Source: Candidatus Methanosuratincola verstraetei
GTDB lineage: Archaea > Thermoproteota > Methanomethylicia > Methanomethylicales > Methanomethylicaceae
Length of the DNA: 64,000 nt
Assembly: GCA_049570475.1 (NCBI GenBank)
Contig: CP186953.1
Location: forward strand, 288,001-352,000
Direction of reading: 5' to 3'
Shown here piece by piece: positions 58,712 to 64,000 of the stretch (position 1 is its first letter; every line of letters starts with the position of its first letter). The notes beneath the pieces were generated by a model. That model ran no database searches, was not told the DNA's origin, and saw only the letters and a program-made list of their open reading frames with translations. The position numbers and the translations under genes are program-made.

Positions 58712-60283
58712 TTACTGAGGCTTCGGGACGTCCTTGTGGATGTCGTAGTACAGCGGGCCGCGCTCCTTCTTGGTCACGAGGGAAACGACGATGATGGTCA
58801 AGAAGCCGAGGATCATGCCCCAAGCTCCTGCGTCAAGGTAGAACATCTTTATGAAGTTACCAGTGCCCATCGGGATGCGGTATACGAGTGTAAGGATTGC
58901 AGCCACACCCATGCCGACGGCAACGCCAGCGGTCCCGCCAATCTTGGTTACGCCCTTCCAAGTCGTGGCGAGGAGTAGTGCGGGTGCGAGCGTAGCGGCG
59001 AACTGTGCCCATCCAATTGCAGCAAGCCATGTGATAAGCTCAGAGGGGAATAGTGTTTCAAGCACTATTATGATACCCACGATGAGCATGCTTATCCTGA
59101 GGTTCCTCAGCAGTTGCTTGTCTGTCCAGTTCGGCCTAAAGCACTTGTTGATAATGTCTCTCGCAATGGCAGCTCCGCCCATCATGAGAAAACCGTCGAT
59201 TGTGCTCCACGCTGCGCCAATAACTCCTGCGATCAGGAGACCGCCGAGTATCGGCTGCTCGACTCCAAGTTTGTACACAGTAAGCCATGCGATTACACCG
59301 TCAGCACCTAGACCTAGCCCACTTATGGCTGGACCCACAGTTGCGTCAGTTACAGCCAGATACTTCGTCACGATACCAAGGTAGCAGTAAGCAGGGCAGG
59401 TAATACCGAAGATGACACCGCCCATAAGGCCCCAAAGCCAGAGGGTGCTCGGTCTCTTGATGCCGTAGAGCTTCTGGACGATTGCAGGCTGTCCTACTAG
59501 ACCGAAGGACGACAGGAATATCGCCCAGCTGATCCAGAAGAACCATCCCATTCCGCCCAGTGCGGCATCATTTGTCAGCCAAGTCGAGAGACCTGTGGTC
59601 GGGTTGGTTGTCGCAGTGGCGATCGTTTGGAGCATATTGCCGTATCCGCCAGTCCACATGTACCCAAGACCAACGGCTATCAAAGATGCTACGATCATCA
59701 TTGAGACGTTCAGTGCATTGATTATAGCGCCTGCTATGAAGCCGCCCAGCAGGACGTAGACTGCTGAAACCGCGATCCCCAGCATTGCCGCAGGCTGATA
59801 TGGCAGGTTAAGTAGGGTACCCAAGAGCACCCCGATTGCCTTGAATTGGGCAGTCGCGTAGAACACGCATGCGATCACGATTCCTATTGCAGCGAAGACT
59901 CTAATCCATCTTCCGCCGTAGACTTCTCCCAAGAAGTCTGGCATTGTCATCAGGTTGTATTTCTTAGCAGCAACGCGCATCCATCTTCCTAGGAATATCA
60001 CTGTCAGAGGGAAGCCTGCAATCATAGGGGTGCAGATAGCCCAGTGCTGCCAAGCGCCAGCTGCATATATTCCTCCAGGGAGACCGAAGAAGGCCCAAGC
60101 GCTCACGGCTGCGCCAGCAGACCACATCCCCAGCATCCAGACGGGGATTGCCCTGCCGCCGACCATGAAGTCGCCTGAAGCCTTGATCCTCTTCCTGGAC
60201 CAAAGACCGACACCTAAAATCAATGCTATCCAAACAACTATGATTGCACCCTCGATCATTTTTCCTGTTGCTATGTCGACCAT
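58712..60283 (-). CDS. Sodium:solute symporter family
   Basis: DFMVGGR, SAWAFFGLPG, GQPAIVQK, AAWSTIDG. Confidence 0.88.
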   Translation of the reverse strand: MVDIATGKMIEGAIIVVWIALILGVGLWSRKRIKASGDFMVGGRAIPVWMLGMWSAGAAVSAWAFFGLPGGIYAAGAWQHWAICTPMIAGFPLTVIFLGRWMRVAAKKYNLMTMPDFLGEVYGGRWIRVFAAIGIVIACVFYATAQFKAIGVLLGTLLNLPYQPAAMLGIAVSAVYVLLGGFIAGAIINALNVSMMIVASLIAVGLGYMWTGGYGNMLQTIATATTNPTTGLSTWLTNDAALGGMGWFFWISWAIFLSSFGLVGQPAIVQKLYGIKRPSTLWLWGLMGGVIFGITCPAYCYLGIVTKYLAVTDATVGPAISGLGLGADGVIAWLTVYKLGVEQPILGGLLIAGVIGAAWSTIDGFLMMGGAAIARDIINKCFRPNWTDKQLLRNLRISMLIVGIIIVLETLFPSELITWLAAIGWAQFAATLAPALLLATTWKGVTKIGGTAGVAVGMGVAAILTLVYRIPMGTGNFIKMFYLDAGAWGMILGFLTIIVVSLVTKKERGPLYYDIHKDVPKPQ

Positions 60284-60295
60284 TCGTTATACCCC

Positions 60296-60520
60296 CTAAA
60301 TCTCCTCAGCAAGCTCCGGATGCTTCTTGATCCACGAACGCCACCACAGCATCGAAACCACCGGGAATATCCACCATAGGAGGAATTCCTCCAAGTATAT
60401 CACCGCCCACGAGCCTTGCCAAGCAGCAGGTAGACCCCAGCCGTAGGTACCGAAGACTCCGCGCAGCATGTCAATCAGTATCAGCGTAGCATATTCGTTT
60501 GTCAGAAACAACTCAAACAT
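60296..60520 (-). CDS. Small membrane protein upstream of SSS
   Basis: Hydrophobic 74-aa ORF with GGTGG SD, co-oriented with the symporter. Confidence 0.6.
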   Translation of the reverse strand: MFELFLTNEYATLILIDMLRGVFGTYGWGLPAAWQGSWAVIYLEEFLLWWIFPVVSMLWWRSWIKKHPELAEEI

Positions 60521-60783
60521 GTTTTTCCCACCATTGAGTTTTCTTAACTCACCTTTCAGCCATGGGCATTAATATAGGTTGCGAAAATTTATGGAAAATC
60601 TTAAATAATAATGCTCAATGCGATGATATCCATGTTGTTTTTTACACCTAACTCATATTATTATATTATCTTATTTTAAATGAATTGTTATTTTTACAAG
60701 AAATATGGGCGGCGGCTGATCTACAAATTGGAACATAACAACAAATATTAGTAAGGCAGTCTACCTTTTCTAAGGGGGAAAAA

Positions 60784-61476
60784 ATGTCAGAGGAAATCGT
60801 TCCACCAGCCAAGGTAATATTTTTAATGGCGATAGGACTGATGTCGCTGATCGGGATCGGAGGAGCTCTGGGTTTTCAGGCGTTCGGGCAGGATTTCATT
60901 CAGAATATGAACAAATACAACCTTGCTGAGATTGGCAGGGGCGGCAGACTTGTTTACTACGAAACCCCCTTAGGAGAGAAGATGGTAAATGTCGATATTG
61001 GTTTTGACTTGAACACAACATACAACTCGACGCATGGTCTTGTTTATTGGTTCAAGGGGATAGAGCTCCCTTACGGCTCGACAATAATAGATGCGATACA
61101 GAACATCCACAGTGCGAAAGAGGCAGAATTGAGGGTTTACAACCTGGAGAATTCATCCATTTTTGAGAAGATCCCAATCACCGATTTCCAGAGCCTTGAA
61201 TTCAATGTGACCTACGGCAGCATCTCGGGCATGCGTTATATCAATGAAATCAACGGAATAAAGAACGTTCCAGGTTTGCTGCTCCAATGGATGATTTATT
61301 TCTGGAACCCAGAAAAAGGCCAATTCGTCTATCTAACGGCTTCGCCTGATAGATTTACATTATCTCACAGGGACACAATAATCATAATATACGACGAATT
61401 CGGAGGATGGCCCGCAGACTGTTGCAGCGGCGGCGGTTGGGAGTATAACGAATACGAAGGGGCACTTACGCGCTAG
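60784..61476 (+). CDS. Membrane-anchored DUF4430 (transcobalamin C-terminal-like) protein
   Basis: N-terminal TM; GMRYINEINGIKN...WMIY pattern. Confidence 0.55.
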   Translation: MSEEIVPPAKVIFLMAIGLMSLIGIGGALGFQAFGQDFIQNMNKYNLAEIGRGGRLVYYETPLGEKMVNVDIGFDLNTTYNSTHGLVYWFKGIELPYGSTIIDAIQNIHSAKEAELRVYNLENSSIFEKIPITDFQSLEFNVTYGSISGMRYINEINGIKNVPGLLLQWMIYFWNPEKGQFVYLTASPDRFTLSHRDTIIIIYDEFGGWPADCCSGGGWEYNEYEGALTR

Positions 61477-61490
61477 GCACTTACGCGCTA
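61461..61490. repeat. Perfect 15-bp tandem duplication over a stop codon
   Basis: GGCACTTACGCGCTA x2. Confidence 0.9.
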
Positions 61491-61514
61491 AATGGAAATA
61501 AGAAAAATATTTTT

Positions 61515-62003
61515 TCAATCTCCCTCTTTATTGCAGCGGCATCTGAAAGATCCAAGTATCTTCAGCGCGTTATCCTCGAACGAATTTTCGTTGTTATAGT
61601 ACTCGTTGAAGAGCAGGTATCTCCTGTTCCACGTCTCGCAAAAGGCTATTAGCCCGATAATGCAGTGGTGGAGCTCTTTTGTGAATCGCTTCTTGGTTGA
61701 ATACGCTATTTTATGGAAGTGAGCAGGGTGGTTAGAGTCCGTGCCCGGCCAATTGAGGATCTCCGTCTTGATCCCAACGAGATCCCGGTCATTCTCAATT
61801 GCCTCAACCTTCTCCTTGAAGAAATCCTCTGGAGAAGAATAAACCTTCTTGAACTCGTCAAGGTCATCCCAGAAAACAGTAACTGTGTGCTTGAAATGGT
61901 CCGAAATTTCCAGATCTCCCTTGAAGTAAAGCGAGCCCTTGGTGATTGAGACGAAATACTCCTTCGGAACATCCAATTCAATGCCGTAGATCGAGAGCAG
62001 CAT
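61515..62003 (-). CDS. Hypothetical protein
   Basis: 162-aa ORF filling the intergenic space; no recognised motif. Confidence 0.6.
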   Translation of the reverse strand: MLLSIYGIELDVPKEYFVSITKGSLYFKGDLEISDHFKHTVTVFWDDLDEFKKVYSSPEDFFKEKVEAIENDRDLVGIKTEILNWPGTDSNHPAHFHKIAYSTKKRFTKELHHCIIGLIAFCETWNRRYLLFNEYYNNENSFEDNALKILGSFRCRCNKEGD

Positions 62004-62046
62004 AAAAAATTACCCACAAAAAAAGGGGGGTTTACAGTCTTATACT

Positions 62047-62487
62047 TTACCTTCTCGTGATGAGAACGTCGCAGTGCGCGTTCTTAGAGACATACTCGGC
62101 TACGCTGCCAAGCAGGGTTCTCTTGAGGCCGGTCATACCCCTGGAGCCTATGACGGTCAAGGCGCATCCCTGCTTCTCTGCCTCGGCCACGAAGCCAGCA
62201 CCGACGGTGTTCCACACCGGCACGATCTTGGTCTCTACTACCTTTACGCCCTCTTTCTTTGCCCTCTCCGCGTACTGCTTCAGGAGGGGCTCCATCCTTT
62301 CGGTAACCTCTTTCGGCACTGTTGGCGGATAGGGGGGTATGTCTCCGAGTAGACCGATTGCCGGGGGAGCATAGATGGTCACTATCAGAAGCCTTGCGTC
62401 GTACCTCTTCGCCATGTCCATTGCTGTCTCGAAAGCCGCCTCTGCAGGCTTGGATCCGTCTACACCTACCATTATTGTCCTGTACAT
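62047..62487 (-). CDS. Universal stress protein (UspA family)
   Basis: IMVGVDGS, IGSRGMTG..LLGSVAEYV. Confidence 0.9.
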   Translation of the reverse strand: MYRTIMVGVDGSKPAEAAFETAMDMAKRYDARLLIVTIYAPPAIGLLGDIPPYPPTVPKEVTERMEPLLKQYAERAKKEGVKVVETKIVPVWNTVGAGFVAEAEKQGCALTVIGSRGMTGLKRTLLGSVAEYVSKNAHCDVLITRR

Positions 62488-62635
62488 TTTTCATCACTTT
62501 GGATTAATATTTAGCCGTAAAGGGTTATTATAGTTTAGCATCGCGTAGCATTTCAAACCCCGTCTGGATGTTTTTCTTGTGGAAAAAATGTTAATGATTT
62601 ATACAGCAGCGATCAAGATAATTTTGGTGTGATCT

Positions 62636-63118
62636 ATGGAGATCAAATTGGTCCAGGTGAGCGTCCCGCAGGGATCGAACATAGTGATAGGCCAGACTCA
62701 TTTCATTAAGAGCATTGAGGATCTCTACGAGGTGATGGCGACGCATGCCCCGGGCGCAGAGTTTGGTATCGCGTTCGCTGAGGCCTCAGGGCCATGCCTA
62801 GTAAGGCGCGAGGGGAACTGCGAGGATCTGGAGAGGGCTGCTGCGGACGCATGCATGAGGATTGGGGCGGGGCATGTCTTCGTTCTGATCATGAGGAAGG
62901 CATACCCGATAAGCGTGCTGAATGCGATAAAGTCGGTCCAAGAGGTATGCAACATATTCTGCGCAACCGCAAACCCGCTCTGGGTAGTCGTCGCTGAAGC
63001 AGAGGGGAAAAGGGGGGTGCTCGGCGTGATAGACGGCGATCCGCCCAGGGGCGTGGAGTCGGACACGGACATGGAGAGCAGGAAGGAGTTCCTCAGGAGG
63101 ATAGGGTACAAGCGGTGA
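62636..63118 (+). CDS. Adenosine-specific kinase family (DUF355)
   Basis: IGQTHFIKSIEDL, FAEASGP, IGAGH, CATANP, GVIDG, IGYKR. Confidence 0.88.
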   Translation: MEIKLVQVSVPQGSNIVIGQTHFIKSIEDLYEVMATHAPGAEFGIAFAEASGPCLVRREGNCEDLERAAADACMRIGAGHVFVLIMRKAYPISVLNAIKSVQEVCNIFCATANPLWVVVAEAEGKRGVLGVIDGDPPRGVESDTDMESRKEFLRRIGYKR

Positions 63119-63585
63119 ATCTGTGTCCCATAAACTTTATTTATTCGTTGGAGGCTATTTACAAGCGTAGTTTTTGGAAGCAGGAAACAAACATCTGGAT
63201 TCCCGAATGCGAGGTCTTGGAATTGAGAAACCTGCCGCAATGCAAAGCGACCTGCCAGTTTTTCAGGTGTGGCCAAAGGGCCCTGTACATAAAATCGAGC
63301 GCCCCCCAGCAGAGAGGTTTCCGGAGCAACCCTTGGGAGCAGAGAGGGAACAGGGATGGGACCCCATTCTGCAACTGGGTTGGGGACGTATGCGTCGTAG
63401 CAAGGTGCAACTACGCCTTCTGTGAGAAGAGGGCGCTCCTGCCCAACGGCACCTGCGGGCTCCAGGAGAGGGAGAGCGCCAGACCGGCGAGGAGCATAGA
63501 GGAGGAGGCAAGGAGAGAGGAGGAAGCCCTGAGGGTAGCCAGAGAACGGCTCCTCAAGAAGACCGGGCACGAATTCATCGAATAG
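63115..63585 (+). CDS. Cys-rich hypothetical protein
   Basis: CKATCQFFRC..., CNWVGDVC...CNYAFC..RALLPNGTC; true start probably ~63220. Confidence 0.55.
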   Translation: MNLCPINFIYSLEAIYKRSFWKQETNIWIPECEVLELRNLPQCKATCQFFRCGQRALYIKSSAPQQRGFRSNPWEQRGNRDGTPFCNWVGDVCVVARCNYAFCEKRALLPNGTCGLQERESARPARSIEEEARREEEALRVARERLLKKTGHEFIE

Positions 63586-64000
63586 GCTTCTGCCTGGAGC
63601 ATACAGGGCAACCTTCATCCTTTTTTATTGCGATCTCGTCGAAACGCATGAGCTCGCCGTCATAAATTATAAGCCGCTCAATAGCTGGTTTCCCAATACC
63701 GGTTATCAGCTTCAGCGCTTCGGAAGCCTCCAAGGATCCTATTACGCCGGGCGCAGTGCCGACAACGGGGAAAGCCTCGGCAGGGGCGGATGCCGAAGGA
63801 TAAATGCACCTGAGGCACGGACCCTCACCAGGGACGATTGTGGTCAAGAAGCCCTCCATGCCGTAGACTGCCCCGTAAACGTACGGTATCCGCAAGGAAA
63901 CGCAGGCTTCATTGACGATGAATCGCGACTGCAGGTTGTCGAGACCGTCGACGACAACGTCTATGCCTTTCAGGAGCTCCGCCACATTATCAACGGTGAG
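63575..64000 (-). CDS. ThiF/MoeB (E1-like) adenylyltransferase, C-terminal part
   Basis: VVDGLDN, PCLRC, EALKLITG, CPVC; truncated by window end. Confidence 0.88.
   Translation of the reverse strand, partial: LTVDNVAELLKGIDVVVDGLDNLQSRFIVNEACVSLRIPYVYGAVYGMEGFLTTIVPGEGPCLRCIYPSASAPAEAFPVVGTAPGVIGSLEASEALKLITGIGKPAIERLIIYDGELMRFDEIAIKKDEGCPVCSRQKPIR

Noticed and set aside
62725-63618. 297-aa minus-strand ORF
   Set aside because: Antisense to two plausible plus-strand genes; no motifs.

Overview
This is a 64 kb archaeal chromosome segment. The crenarchaeal-type SSB and CdvB/ESCRT-III paralog, together with methanogen-associated DUF2111/DUF2117 proteins, suggest a TACK-lineage methanogen such as Ca. 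Methanomethylicia/Verstraetearchaeota (inference). Most of the window is housekeeping: leuCDB/aksDEF-type genes, serS, dys, ino1, TFB, aIF1, tRNA-Gln(CUG), tupABC with a ModE-type regulator, and dtxR-feoAB. An AT-richer island (~4.25-17.3 kb) carries a complete type I-A CRISPR-Cas system: csa5-cas7-cas5-cas3'-cas3''-cas8a-cas6, a 39-repeat/38-spacer array, and cas2-csa1-cas1-cas4. The best candidate for an undescribed system is at ~36-40.7 kb. There, two identical unannotated 15-codon genes (MKNYNPTPVRLWVPG, each with its own ribosome-binding site) abut a trans-prenyltransferase-fold gene that has lost its IPP-binding motifs. Flanking genes encode a CPBP/CAAX-type intramembrane protease, an MFS-fold protein and a wHTH-MinD pair. 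The architecture resembles a ComQ/ComX-like prenylated-peptide (RiPP/quorum-sensing) system in an archaeon. Other oddities: a split ThiI pair, a Cas2-like/DUF2117 fusion, a degenerate LAGLIDADG-like protein, a membrane-anchored tandem AAA+ ATPase, a Lys-rich 20-aa sORF and several spacer anomalies. All family calls are by motif recognition; no database searches were run.
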